Assembly: GCF_910592395.1 (NCBI RefSeq)
Contig: NC_088308.1
Location: 2,852,001 to 2,916,000, forward strand
DNA: 64,000 nt
Direction: 5' to 3'
From: Lineus longissimus
Lineage: Eukaryota
Both the position numbers and the translations under genes were made by a program. The notes below the pieces were generated by a model. The model did no database searches. It was not told where the DNA came from and saw only the letters and a program-made list of their open reading frames with translations. This document shows positions 38,157 through 51,800 of this stretch, in pieces. How positions within the stretch are numbered: the first letter of the stretch is position 1; each line of letters begins with the position of its first letter.

Positions 38157-38779
38157 GAAAAGTTTGTTGTCATCCTTTTCATTGTGTTGTGGTTGTCGTT
38201 CAGTCTGTCCTAGCTATCACCTGTCATTCACCTCCAAGCAACCAATCAACTAAATGATGGGTTGAGAAAAGCAACAGCATACCCTCTAAGTGCCTGAAGA
38301 TGTTCTTGCAGAACTCTTTCCTAAGATATCAATCTCTCGAATAAGCTGCATGTCTTGAAGCTAAGTGAAGTCAAGGCACACTCAGTCAAACAAGTGACTA
38401 TAAAGTATACAGTACTCTTCTTAAAACAGTCTTCTTAAAACTACTCGCAACCAAGGACAATATCTTGAGAGCAACATTCAAGTAGCTTCATCCAATACTC
38501 CACATAAGTCCGCATATGGACAACGACCATTCATCACCTTTTTCCGGCCGGCTTTAAAAGAACAAGGACTATATTGGATGGCAGTGCGATGGGAATTTGT
38601 CAATAAGACGCTGGAAGCTGTTAGCTCTAATGGGAAGGCACCAGCTCACTTTCATCGCAGCAAAAAGTAAACAGTAATAACGCTGGGTTTCATAACGTTG
38701 TGATATAATGCCCAGAGCTTGTTGTCATTATAAAGGAATCCAGAGATTATTTTACGAGTCGTATGCATGTTTTTCCTTC

Positions 38780-38877
38780 CCATTTTCTTCAGCTGGATAC
38801 ACTTTTTTCTTCCAATTTTTACAAGCTGGATGGACTTGTTTTCTTATCATTTTCATAAGCTGGATAGACTTTTTCTA
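38780..38877. repeat. ~34-bp minisatellite, 3 copies
   Basis: atttt...agctggat..actt.tttct repeated three times. Confidence 0.8.
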
Positions 38878-41800
38878 ATAATTTTCCTAGATTATTTTTC
38901 TTGATAAAATCGGTACAGAGCACGAAGAGAGGCTGAATATTTACATGAGCAGATTGCTTAAAATGTCAATTCAAAATGATATTCCCACTCACACAAACTA
39001 TAGAAACTTTCTTCCTGATTTAGCTGTTTAATTCTCAGGAAGCCGTTTCAAGAGAATCATATGTATTTTTTTTAATACAGCAAGTGCATTAAACTGATGT
39101 TGTTGAATCAGAAATAAGTCAATCCTGTTATCTGGATTTACTTAAAATATAAAGAATGAAAAGCCACTTAAAACAGTCTGACATTCTGAAAGAAATGGTA
39201 GAACTTTTTTCATCCACTTGGGAAAAATCAATGATTTTACAGCTAGGCTAAATGAGAAAGCGTCAATCTCGTGTGGACACTTTTGGGAGACTTGTTAAAT
39301 CTTGCATTAAATGGTGAGTAGGGATAAGGCTTTCCTAAAGAAGACATCCTTTACCTCAGGGCAGACTAAGCCAGCTTTGTTACTGTCATGACCTTTCTCA
39401 GTTCTCTACTCTACTCGAATAACTGATTATCAACTAATGACTGATGTAAAACATACGTCTTGACATTTTAGATTCTAACATTGCAAATTATTCTGACCTG
39501 GTCATGTACGTGAGGAAAAAGTGATACCCAATTATCCTTCTGATTGCTAAGAGGGAAGTAAAACATGACTTCAGGCAAAACCAAGAAGCCTCTACTAATG
39601 AAGTCTGTTTTTCCATCCATTCTTGTGACTGAGAACTTCTTCATAAGTTACTTTATAATGCCAAATTTTCATGTGCTTTTTTATTTTCGCAACTCGGCTG
39701 GGTTTTTTAAATAGGAAAAACAGAAAGAAATTTTGTAATTTTGTGGCTATTTAGAAATTTGTTGCAAAAATACCCATCGTGGTATGGTGAAGATGTCCAA
39801 TCTGTAAATTAATGGATGGTCGAAAGTCAGAGCTCTTCCGGATGTGATTTTTCCAAACCAGTGACAAACATGTCTATCAGCAATGGGAGAAGAATGACAC
39901 ACGGGAAGCAGAGATACAATTAAAGATGATCCGAGTTGCAATTCAGCCCATCCTCAGATCACGCAGGGAAATAAGGCTTGGTAACAGAGACCCATTAGGA
40001 ATTGCGTGGATGATAAATCTGTTTACGCGTGTAGTGAGGGATTGGTTATGCGGATGTTTTCGTAATTTCAACTAACCTTTTAATATGTAGAGTTCTAATT
40101 GCTTTGATGAGAAGTTCAAGACCGTGAAATCTCATGAGAAGTACCGGCATGATTCTAATTTGTTTTCTGGCAAATAACACACATCCCCAGAAAGGAAATG
40201 TATCCACTGAGCTGTCCACAGAAGATCATATCAGCACCATCAACAAAATCTACTTGACTTTCCAAAGCAATTATCAACTTGACCACAAGACGCCATCAGC
40301 ATTCCGCAACACAATCACACTCCAATTCCAACGTCTTTACTCCATCTAAAATGCAAATGCAAGTGTATCACCATGGTCTTCGCATCATCATTGCGAAATC
40401 TACTTCAGCCTCCCCAACCATTTCTCATATCAACTTGACCAGGAGAGGCCATGAGCATTCATGTACTGCTGTCTCTCAACTACAAAACATTTTGTATCAC
40501 CATTAGACATACCTCACACCCGCAGTATCAGCCGACCACCAGAAAGGTGAGAATGCTTCCTGGTGAGGCTGGGCTGTCCACTACAAATTCTTAGCACTGC
40601 CTCTCGTTGTCAAGTAGATATGATAAATGGTATAGGGTCCTCATCGGGCCGATTAATGGATTGGTGAATGGGGTAACACTGTTGATAAGATCTGGTGTGG
40701 ACATCTTCATGATATATTGCCTTAGCTTCCTAAATGGCAGCGCACCCCTGATGTAGAAATGGTCACAAATACATTACACAACATGGAGTCCAGGGCTGCA
40801 AGAAATGTTTGCACTGGATATTCACAACAAGACACAACATACAATTAAGTCTCTGACTTTTCTGGTAGTTTTGAGTGGGTGTGGTGAGAGGCATGGTCCG
40901 AAGCGATGCAAGGAGCAGCTCCTTGAAATTCTAAGAGAGGTACTATTGAGAATGAACATAGCCCCAGAGTGCGGTACACAAATAAGGCTATTCCCTCTAC
41001 TGCAGAGCAAACTGCATCCATTTCGGTGAGCCACAAATGTGCCCTGATCCTGCTGTCGATGCACAACATCGGCCCAATCATTTGGTGATCCATTGAGGTA
41101 TTAGCTTGGATTAAAGGATACTGTCAACTGATTTGGTCATGTTCTGGGCAATTAGATGCAGCACGCATGGCTCAATACGTGACATATGCAAATCTAACTC
41201 AGGATTTTCAAATGACCAAGCTGAGTGAAAGAGGCAATCTCCAAACGTGCAGGCTTGCAAGCACTTTTGCAATGCTGATGCTCTAAATCTAATGGTAAAG
41301 ATTACAAGTTACTGATGAACTGGGCAGCACACAAGGCAAGGAAGGTCAGTTGATCGCTGAACCTACTTTATACTCATGTCTGTCTCAAGACACCAGGCAA
41401 GATCCTGATTACTTCCCAAACCTCAGCAGAAGCATCCGGATACTTTCATTAGATCGCTAAATAATTCACGCTACAATACTGTCATAAGGAGTAAGATGGA
41501 TGCATCAGATCATTATAATTTCATGCACATAGACTGGCAAAAGCAATCAATTAACTTATTCCAATGTGTACAATTGTACTTCATGTGGCAGGGTAAAATA
41601 TGATTCATCTTAAAGGGACCACTTCGGGCTAGGGAATAAGGATTGAGGCCAGGAGGACAACACTCCTTGTTGGTGTTGGCTTGCAAACTCCTGGTAAGCC
41701 TATACCTGTTCTAGAGCACTGTGGAAAAGTCACGTTCAACCTTGGGGCCAATTTCCTAACAAAAAGTATATCATGTCCTTTATGTTGAATTTGGCCCGAG

Positions 41801-42496
41801 TTGGGTTGTTCAAATCAGCAGTTTCGTTGTGACAATTCCTTACAGTAATATACTGTGATGTCTCCTCTATTGGTTAACTGCATCAAAAATGAAAGAAATT
41901 TATCAACGAGAAACTTTGTCAATATTGATAAAACTCTGGAGAGACACCTCGTACGCAAACAATAAACTCCCAGTAGAAGTTGTCTTTCAATTCATGGCAG
42001 AAAAAAACATTTAATATGTAATTTGAGCTCACTTGTTTTCAACTTGTGTTTGGAAAGCGGGATGATGGTTCTTTACAAGCTCTGTGTCAGCTCAGTGAAT
42101 GAAACCTGAACATCTCAAAGGAGTTCATTGCCACTGTCTATTGACTGCTGGCTTTTGTCCTTTCAATGTCGCTCCAACTGTTTCGAATAGCAGCTTCGAA
42201 GATGCTAAAAATGTAGATACATGATGCAGTGCCTAAAGCTGCTGCCTGATGTTCTTTCCCATATATCGTCGATTTGTTAAAGTTGATTCGCATATCAAGC
42301 TGGGAGCGGGTGACTGAGATTTGCATCTGCCTTGTTCAAAGTTTGCATCATGACCAAGTGTGGTTTCTCATGAAGTTGTGAAGTTATGCCTTTGTTGCAA
42401 GTTCGACTTGGCTACTCATGCTGGGGCATTACTTCGAGGTGTTATTGATTTTTGCGTTTTACTATACTTCAGCAAGAATAGTAAAAGTAGTAAAAG

Positions 42497-42762
42497 TGTT
42501 CTTCAGAGAGTGGAATCATACTTCCATCTCGAGATAAATTCAGTGAAAGCTGGATGTGAAATTGCCTATGCCAACCCTAGAGGCATTGCGTGATTGAATC
42601 CAAAGGATTGTACTAGGGATGGAGCTTTGGGCTGAACGTAATGGCTCTTCTATACTGTGCTATGACAGGAAATAGTTGCTTCAGAGAGTGAAATCCTACT
42701 TCTATCTCAAGATAAATTTCTATCCAAATCCTTCAGATTCAATCACAGAACGCCTCCAGGTT
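42497..42762. repeat. Composite direct plus inverted duplication
   Basis: cttcagagagtg(g/a)aatc.tacttc.atctc.agataaatt at ~42501 and ~42679. Segment ~42573-42610 is the diverged reverse complement of ~42724-42762. Confidence 0.75.
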
Positions 42763-43879
42763 ATATCGAATATTCGAGTATTCCTGCCAAGTATCACTTA
42801 GCGACTCCAATCAGAGTATTGGTTCACTCTCGACACAAAGACCGGTAATCGGAAAACTGAACCTTCCGGTCATTTTATTCATGAAATCTCAGTAGTAGTT
42901 AATAATTGCTTCCGAAGGCGCTAGCATGGTATCCGTAGACTGATTCTCTGACCTGCAAATCGACAACAACGATACCCTGGTAGCCTTAATTAGTCGTGCT
43001 AACCCAATAAGTGTAATTGGCATGTAATTGAATGGGCTGCAATTCTGCTACAATAGCGTTATTGTGTTGGCTATGTTGAGCATGCATTGAGCTGGATTCT
43101 CATCAAAAGTGGACATGTTATGACAATAAGTTAGGCAGATTCCCTTGGTGCTATAGACAATTGATGGGGACCACTTGGCTGTTAGGTAATAGATATTCGT
43201 CAGGGCAATGAGAGCACACAAGTGCTATTCTGCAAATAGCATGGGTGTGGAGCATAACAAATGATCAGAGAAGAAGTGGTGCCGGACTAGCATCAGGTTA
43301 CATGGAATGAAAATAAACTGATGAACTGACAGCTGGACTGTCAGACACACATGCTGTTCCCTAGAATTATCGGCGGAGAGCACTCCAACTTTCAGGGATG
43401 ATGGTGATATGTTGAAGTTATGCATGTGGGTAGATTTTTTCAGTTACGAAACTAACTTGCATAATAAATCACTGTGGGGAAGCCTCTGAGTTTACACTGC
43501 AAACTCAGAACACCTCCAGTTGAAAATTAATATGGCTTGAATTCCCAATCTTCTCATCAAAGTGAATTTGCAACAAGGTATTATCAAATTTCACATTTGC
43601 CACCTCCTAAGATTGAACTCGCTTCTCATCAAGAACTGTGTCATTCAATTTTGATTTCAGTCCATGGTCAAAAGTTTCTTCAACACGATTTGAGATACTA
43701 AGAAACTTAATCAAGAGTCCAATCAATACTCAAAGTGAATTACTTGTATGGGACCATCTCAAAACACACTGATGCTAAAAGTACCATGTTATCTTATAAT
43801 CGTCGTTGAGTCTCCATTCCATCTAAAAGTCTGTAAAATGACGAAAGATGCAGCACCTCAGGTAGGCCTGTAAGCTCCC

Positions 43880-44054
43880 TCAGCTGACACCTCTGTTAGC
43901 GGGACACCCTCTCTATTAAGGCCAGCATATGTCAGTCCCAAGGGTGAACTCAATAGAGAGGTTCCAGCTGGGAATGACCATTTCAGGACCAAAATCATCA
44001 TTGTCTTTGATGTTGTGTCTGGCTGGCAGAGGTCTTCGCAAAAGAGGTTCCACT
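43880..44054 (+). mobile_element. Degenerate pogo/Tigger-like MITE remnants
   Basis: Two right-end-like motifs, atagagaggttccagctg (~43952-43969) and aagaggttccactg (~44042-44055), plus gacacctct motifs resembling the 9043-9227 element. Confidence 0.5.
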
Positions 44055-45274
44055 GTTCTTGGCCTGCTTTAGATTTGGGACTCATTCCATCTTGATCAAC
44101 ATGTTCGAAGTCAAATGTACGATGCCGAGGCCACAGTTTCTTATGCTTGTCGATTGCACTTCGAGTATCCGGCTGATTTGGAACAGAATGTAATTAAAAT
44201 GTTTGCATGGTTGATTTCTTTGCCGATATTATCAATACCCATCAATCAATGGCCAATTAGTGGAAATGTGTGACTCAACTAGACCTATCAGTAGTGGGTG
44301 TAGCGGGAGAGAAAGTGACATGACATGGAGATGAACTTGAGTGACAATATTATGGTGAAAGAGAAGTGGGTATCATTGATGTGGAGGAGGTAGATTCTCA
44401 GTACCAGACAAGTACATAATTGGGAGCTCTCAAATACAAATGTGGTATTCTGAAAAAATTGGCTTTCGACCTGACAGTTTGTGTGGAGGTTTATCGAGAT
44501 TAGCATCAAACTACCAACATCATTTCCAAAGTCAATGTCAAAGAAGGTTGAAATTGGAGATGATGCCACCTCTTTGAAATATGTGGGAGTTCTAGTCTAA
44601 AACAGAAAAACATCCTTGCTTTGAAATGTTTCGGTTAGGTCTCCAGACAACATTATGAACTGCTATTCCGGTACTGGAATATCAGGTTTCACATTTCTGT
44701 TTTGCAGCAGCATTTCCAAACTTTGGTTAATCCGAGAATGCTTGACATTTCTTATTGAGTGTACTGTAACCCGAATTATTTTTCATCACCTTATAGTTGT
44801 TTTACATCTGTCTGCACAACAGTAGTGTTGAAATTTATATTCAGTGCATACTTACACAATTAGAAATGTCAAATTCGAGTTCAATCTTCAAATTTTTGAA
44901 CGAACTGTGTAGGTTTCTATGGTCAGAAAGGTCAGACGAGTTGCTTTAATCACAAGCAACAAGTATTTCTCATTACAAGCAAGCAAAATGACCACCGCAA
45001 TCATTTCTTGTAGACTCATCAACGGCCGCCTCTCAGAGAGTAATGAGAAACTATCTAAGCTGACAAAGTTCAAGCATTGATTTCTTATAAGAGGGTATCT
45101 CTTGTTTGCCAGTAGGCAGATTGATGTTTTGGCTTAATGATGTGAAACATGTCTGATCAATCGATTTCTCTTGCTTCTGTTAAGCCTTGATAAATGCCAA
45201 TTTATGAGTATACCATAAACAGAGAATGACACGTTCAGTAATTGCTCAGAGCATGCCCTTACGAAATGAATCCA

Positions 45275-45372
45275 AATTCACCATTATTTGGACTCAAAAT
45301 GTTTTCACCTTTCAGAGTTTTCAAAGTCAAAAAAGTTTTGGGACTGATGACGTTGGTTCATTTTGAGCAGGA
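45275..45372 (+). mobile_element. Fragment of the 6940-7300 foldback family
   Basis: ttttcaaagtcaaaaaagttttgggactgatg...ttcattttgagcag matches 7074-7124. Confidence 0.75.
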
Positions 45373-45649
45373 AATAGGAAGGGTTTAAAGTTACAACTTA
45401 CTAATTCTTCAAAGCCACATATCCCCAATCACAATTTCTTACCAAGAAAATAACAATTTAATACCTACAAAGTTTTTCTCAAGATCATAAACATCTTCTA
45501 AGATTGGAATTAGATTTTAATCAACCACCTGCCTTTGTCAGCAAAACATGCAACAAAGCAGTCATCATCTTCTCGGGGAGTAATCATAAATCTTCTTACA
45601 TACAGTATATACCCTGGAGAATGAATTCCTCAGATTGCCGCCCATCTTA

Positions 45650-45862
45650 CCAAGCAGAAATTCAGTGTTGGAGGTCAACTGACCTGGGGGGGGGGGTCCT
45701 ATGTACAAAGTTTTGAATGCATAGCCCGAGCAGTTAAGAAACGTGCACAATGTTTTTGAAACAGGATACAGAGGAAGACGGCCGACGACAGACGCCGGAC
45801 GATGACGACGACGGCCGACGGACACTGCGGTTTGTATACTCTCCCCTAAGGTGAGCCAATAA
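45650..45862 (+). mobile_element. Degenerate 3' portion of the HINE family
   Basis: gtcaactgacc...tgtacaaagtttt...cagttaagaaacgtgc, then a GACG-rich tract, then aggtgagccaataa. Parallels 19975-20224. Confidence 0.75.
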
Positions 45863-48800
45863 GTGTTGGGCACATATTGAACTTTCACATTTCCTATGAC
45901 CAATCTAAGATAATTGAATTTCTTCTAGAATGGCTATTGAGATGTCAAATTTAAATATTCAAGTAAGGAATGCATTCAAGAGGAACACCGATCATAATTC
46001 ACTACGGCATTGGACCAAATGAAATGTGTCCAGTAAAGCATGAAATAAGATATTGAGAACTATTACCAGAAATTTCATGGAAGAGTGCATTGTTTCTTAT
46101 CAGCAATATACGCTAATCATAGCAGTTAGCTGATCGGTTATAAGATGACTCAATTAGCACAGGATTTTTACATCCCATTTAGTTATGTCTGGACATCAGA
46201 TGTGATTGTAATCATCTGCAACAATCAAATGCCAGTTACAACACTTATCCAATAAACCCTAAGCCTAATAAGTTATACTAGTTTGACAAAACTGTATGAA
46301 ATCACTGTCAATTCCAGCAGACCATGCATCAAGCACCCTGAATGCAGGGTGAGTAATCTAAATCGTGCTCCTCAGCGATGGCCGTCTCAGTTAATTATGA
46401 GATCACTATGGTAATAGCCCAGTGATGGCAATCAAGGGCTCCAGTGATCGTAATCGAGCACTGATTTATCTTTCACACTTTGATACATGCGCAGCTTTAT
46501 CAAGTTTATCGAGGGCATTTCCATGAAAACTCCATTCAGGGTTACTATGAGATAGGCTGATCATTTTACGAATTTTGTTCTTTTCTCCTCGTTCATAAAG
46601 CTAACGAAGTCGGAGTCGACACTCATCAGTTCAAAACTCAGTTGGATGCACTTGATTGGCCAGCTAGGGAACCTAAATCATTCAGTCAATAACAATAAGG
46701 ATTAAGCCTTTGACACTATCACACCCCATGCTCCCACCTGTAGATGATGTAACATATCCACAGCTTCTGTAATTCACTGTAGGTATCGTTCAATAGCTGA
46801 TTCATCACCTTTCATTGTTGGCATCAATATTATCCATTGACTCAGCAGCACTGTACCATATTGGTGATACTAATTAAGTCATCATGGGAGTGCTTCCTCA
46901 TGCTGTGTTTTTCTTATATTATGATTCCTCAGGTTGTTGCATAATATAATTCCTGCTATGGCATCTGCTGCCACTTTGTCATTAGCCAAGAAAAGGAAGA
47001 TAAACCTTGGCAGCCTCTAATAAAAAAGGCTCATTGATTAACTGGTTTATCATGGATGAGTTCAAGGCATGTTCTTCCCTGGTTGGGAGGGGGACAGGGG
47101 ATGAGCTGGAACTAATCAACCTTCTACCATCACTTTGTCTAAAAAATCAAACCACGGCACACACTATCCTGATCTATCCACTGGATGGCCGAACAAAATG
47201 ATTGGACGGGTCATGCCTGCCATTTTGAACTCCTCAACTAATCAGCATGCTTTCTTTTCTGGCATGAATACTGACGAAGTGTGCACGCACACATCCACTG
47301 TTCCAAAATGGTGAGCATGGCCAATCTACTCATTTCATCCTGCCCTTCAGTGAGTAGATTCACTGGTTACCAATCCAATATCTGTCACCCCTCTAAAGTG
47401 AGACACTGGATAACTTTTTCATACAAATCAAAACATGGCACATATAGCAAATAACAAAATGTATCATCCAGTTTCTTTTTTCACATCACAACATCACCGT
47501 CCTCAAAAGAACCAGAATATCATAAGGATCCGACTGCTTTTGATGATAATGACCGAAGGGGCTTACAAAATATGGTTATATCAGCTGTCCTACTTTGTAA
47601 TATTCCTCACGAGAGTATCTGACCAATTTCTTCCTTACCCGTAAGCAATAAATGATAGGGCCTCATCAAAAGAAGCCTGGCCGCATCATCTCTAGCCCAT
47701 GATGATGATCGCAGAGGGAGATCGAACCGTTCACTCAATTACTGGCCAACTTGAAAGAATGCCTTGAGTTGTTGACCTCTCTGCCGCCCTGGTGAAGCAG
47801 TTATTTTCTGCAAGAATTATTGGCCTTGCAGGTACAGAGGGATGATCATTAGGTAAAAAAACCTATAACCAACTCAGAGTGCAATATCACAGGCCAACCC
47901 GCGGTGACACTATCATGGTAACTGAGTTCTGAGAGAATCCAGGTAAAAAAATACAGGTCTGCTTTTTTGGCCCAAAGCAACACTTGTATTCTGGCAAAAA
48001 GAAGGATATTAACCAAAAGAAGTTCCCTTATTTCCAAGGTTAGATATGAAAATGATGATAATTTTTGAGGTTATCGTTCTAAGAACCAGTAGGACCAGGG
48101 AGCTAAGGAGCAATTAAGAGCCAAATCACTCATAAATGCGCACAGTTCATTTGCAATCAGAGTTGTTTCCCAAGCATTCATTGCAGAATGCACGATAAAA
48201 CTGGGGCATGACCAGAATTCTCATGAGAAGAAACGCGGACGATCGTCACTACATTGGCACACGTGGTAATATGACGAGACCCTGTTGCGTTGTGATATCC
48301 CTAATCGTGTCGTATCAATCACAATTCTGACTTTATTGGCCGAGTGTTAAAGTGAACAGTGCACTTTGATTCGTTGACATGTCAGGGCAATTTTAATATA
48401 ATGGCCTCTGAGGTCCAATCAGCATCTCTGAAGTAAGCTCAATCATCTGGCACTAACGTTTCATTCAAGTTGAGACATTTAGACAAGGCTGGCTGGATAT
48501 ACTCTCAGAACTGCTTCTGAATACTTAGTCAGGCCCTAATGGTCATTCGATGCCATTCTACACATTCAACTTCGATAGACAATGGGTTGGTGACTGTAAG
48601 CTGTCTGATTGTCACAACTTTATGTTCCGATTTGCTTACTGTGACGATTTCATAGTGACTGATAAAACGGTCTCAGACTGGTAAAACAATTTCAGATGTC
48701 CACAGGGCATCCCCAGACAAACCACAGATCCACCTTCCTGTAATACGATTTCCCCAAGAAATCAAACATGGGGAATGAAAGAAAGCTATCATCCAAAAGA

Positions 48801-51800
48801 AGTAGTCAATATTGGTGCAAAAAGCCATGGCACAAGAAAACACAACATTATCAATTCAGCAACATCGCCTCAGGGCTACCAGAATGTTCTCTCAGAATAC
48901 TTGAAGGCGATCTCAGGAGCTCCACCAGAGTTGGACGATCATGCGTGTCAAATGATTATGCTTTACATACAATCAACACCAAGGGGAGAATACAGATTTT
49001 TTCCAAGGGATGATGGTTTGGTTGCGGATAGGTCGAAATATGGTAAAGTAGAGACGCTGATGTGACAACAAAGGCATGGACACCATTTAAAAATCAATAC
49101 AGCGACGACGAGTAAAAGGCTATTAAGAAGCTTTCGTTTGATTTTAGCTGTCAGCGACACCCCAAAGAAGGCTGTGAGAAGCCAATAAAAGCTGCCCCAG
49201 ATTGCAGTCAATACTCTGTAAGTGAACCATTTAAAAATGTGCTTCTCATTTTTCCTTACACACCACTGAGGCTCCATCAAGAAAATCGCACCATCGTAAC
49301 TCTAGCTCGCTTGCTCATACCATCATCCTTCTCAATTCTCTACCAAGGCCACCAGACGAGCAAGATCTGATCCGGAAGAGCAACAGCACTCTCTTCAGAA
49401 GCGTTCTTGACAGCTTTATTAGCATCATGATGATGAAAATAATAGACTGGATGAAGAATAGGATACCGCACGTCTGCTCCTTGATAAGGTCAGGTGAAGA
49501 AGAAAGTTCATACAGTAATTGCCAGAAGTAACATCCCTCAAGTGATGGGGCAGCTTGTTTGTTACAGTCATCATCCACTGAAGTCGTAACATCTTACATC
49601 ATTCCTGTATCAAAGCCAACAAGTTGTTGGTATTCAGGTACTTGACAATGACGAAAATCCTGAATCCTAATATCTATTTGCCAGCCAACAGACTTCAAAC
49701 TTCCACGACTTGTAGTTTAAATAAGGATCAGAAAGCGAACTTGTTCCAGTTGAAAAACATTCCCTAGTCTGGAGGGTATCCTCAAGAGAGCGATCAATAA
49801 TCTTTGAAAGCATCCAGCAGATCGTGACATGCCAAAATTTCAACCAACGCACTTCTTTCAAGCAAGACTTGAATTGAACATTCGCTAGACAATCATTTCA
49901 CCCCACCACAGCTTCATTCAGGATCAAAAGTAAACTTTGGTTGTTATCAGCGAAATACAGCTCATTTTATCATTCAAATGTCTGCAGGAAAGAAATCGAT
50001 ACGATTTTAATCTAGACAGCCAATCTTAACCTGATCTCTAAAATCAGGCACTCGTCTAGAAGGTGGTTGAGCCCAGAGTGCGTGGGGAGAATTTAAACAA
50101 CATGACCAATTTTGAAGTAAATGCTAGTTGTGTCAGTAATGCATGCATCTTAACTTGAATCGATTGAAATATTAGCACCAGAAAACCTAACCCCTACCAT
50201 TTGCATGCCACCTCAGATGAATGATCGAGCAAACTTGGATCGATTGCCTAAAACGTCTCCATTGATTACCATTTAAAGCAGGAAGTAACACGAAATTTTC
50301 AGAATTGGGATGTCATTTAGTTTAGCAATAGCAACATTCATAGACATCGAACCACTGTGGTGAGACCAAAATGTTGCATAAATTTTTCATGAAACAATTA
50401 AACTTGTCCAAACAGCAGACATTTTCATTCACAACCGAGCATTTCCAATGCAGCGTTACCAGTCAGTCGAAGCAATGTCAGTGAACCAGACAAACGTAAA
50501 TGCTGCTGTTACTGCAAGGCCTCCATAATGGTATGTTTATTTGACAAAAACTACCTTTCCAAATTCCATCATGCAGTGTTCAAAGGCTGGAAAATACACT
50601 AGACGTGACATCATAACCAAATTCCTTACAACAGCATCAAAGCAGTTTCTAAACAATGATTCACGGCAGCTTCCAATGTTTTTTGTCTGATGGAATTACC
50701 GTTAACCAGAGCAATTTGCATTAGCTTGCTGCACATGACAAATTTTAACTGTAAACCGCCACATTTTTGCCAATTTAGTCCAATTAGAGCAGTTACAGGA
50801 ACGGTTTCTCGTCAAATCACCTGAAGTTTTTTTAAACATGAATTTGTCAGGAAGGAAATCACTCAGGTAAATTGGATAAATTACCGACGTCGTCGTGTAC
50901 TGTTAATGTAACTGAAATGATGCAGTCACATGGTGTGAGTAGACAAATGGTGCAAAATATTGATGTGTTGTGTGATAAAGTTAGATTGACAAGGTTTATG
51001 GGATGCTTTGTGTATCATACTCCCAAGTCGACTCTGAGGTGGAATTTCCCTCATTGAGTTTTGATTGACATAGTCAGCCACTGAAGTTCAGCAAGTCATC
51101 TGACAACAAGGACAAGTCTCTTGAGACAAGCTTCATCCAGGCATGGAAATCGAAGAATCAGAAGTTCTGGGTAACAAAGTTTTTTTAGCATCAACTCTTT
51201 GAATTTGAGGGAAACATATGACTGATTCAACAGTTTTCAGATCGCTACATTGAGACAACAAGGACATTGATTGCGATCACTTTCTTGAAAGGAACTTCAT
51301 TCAGCTGTAGAAATAAGAGGCTCACATATAAAATTTTCAAGCTATCTGCATACTTACAGCTCCTTCTACACATCATAACTAGTGCTGGCATGGCATTATC
51401 TTGACGCCTCCTTTAATGATGTATCGGCCGAGAACAGGATCACTGAAGGTGACATGACCAGAATGGAAGACCACTTTCTCATTATCCTGCTTCCTGTGAC
51501 ATGTCCGACCATCAAGGGATGTGTGTTCCTGCCATTAATGTGTGATTATAATCTAATTAAGACCACAACACACGATGCGAAATCAACTAATGATAGCTGA
51601 CTGAACTCCACTTCAACCCTTCAACCCTCTAGTGTGTCTCATGGCAGGCTTATATATATACATATATTGTCATATATTTCTTTCTCACTCACATTTTGGC
51701 TCATCAAGATACGAATTGTATAAGTACTAGGTTCATGGAGAGACCAACAGTGTTTGTTTTTTTAGCTTCAAGATAACTTCGACCTCCCAATCTCAAAATG

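Noticed and set aside
40805..41029. ORF with helical-looking KEQLLEILREVLLRMNI and a nearby GTGAGC donor
   Set aside because: No family match, mediocre acceptor and no partner exon.
48775..49065. 96-aa ATG-initiated ORF
   Set aside because: No recognisable domain or gene context. ORFs of this length are expected by chance in 64 kb.
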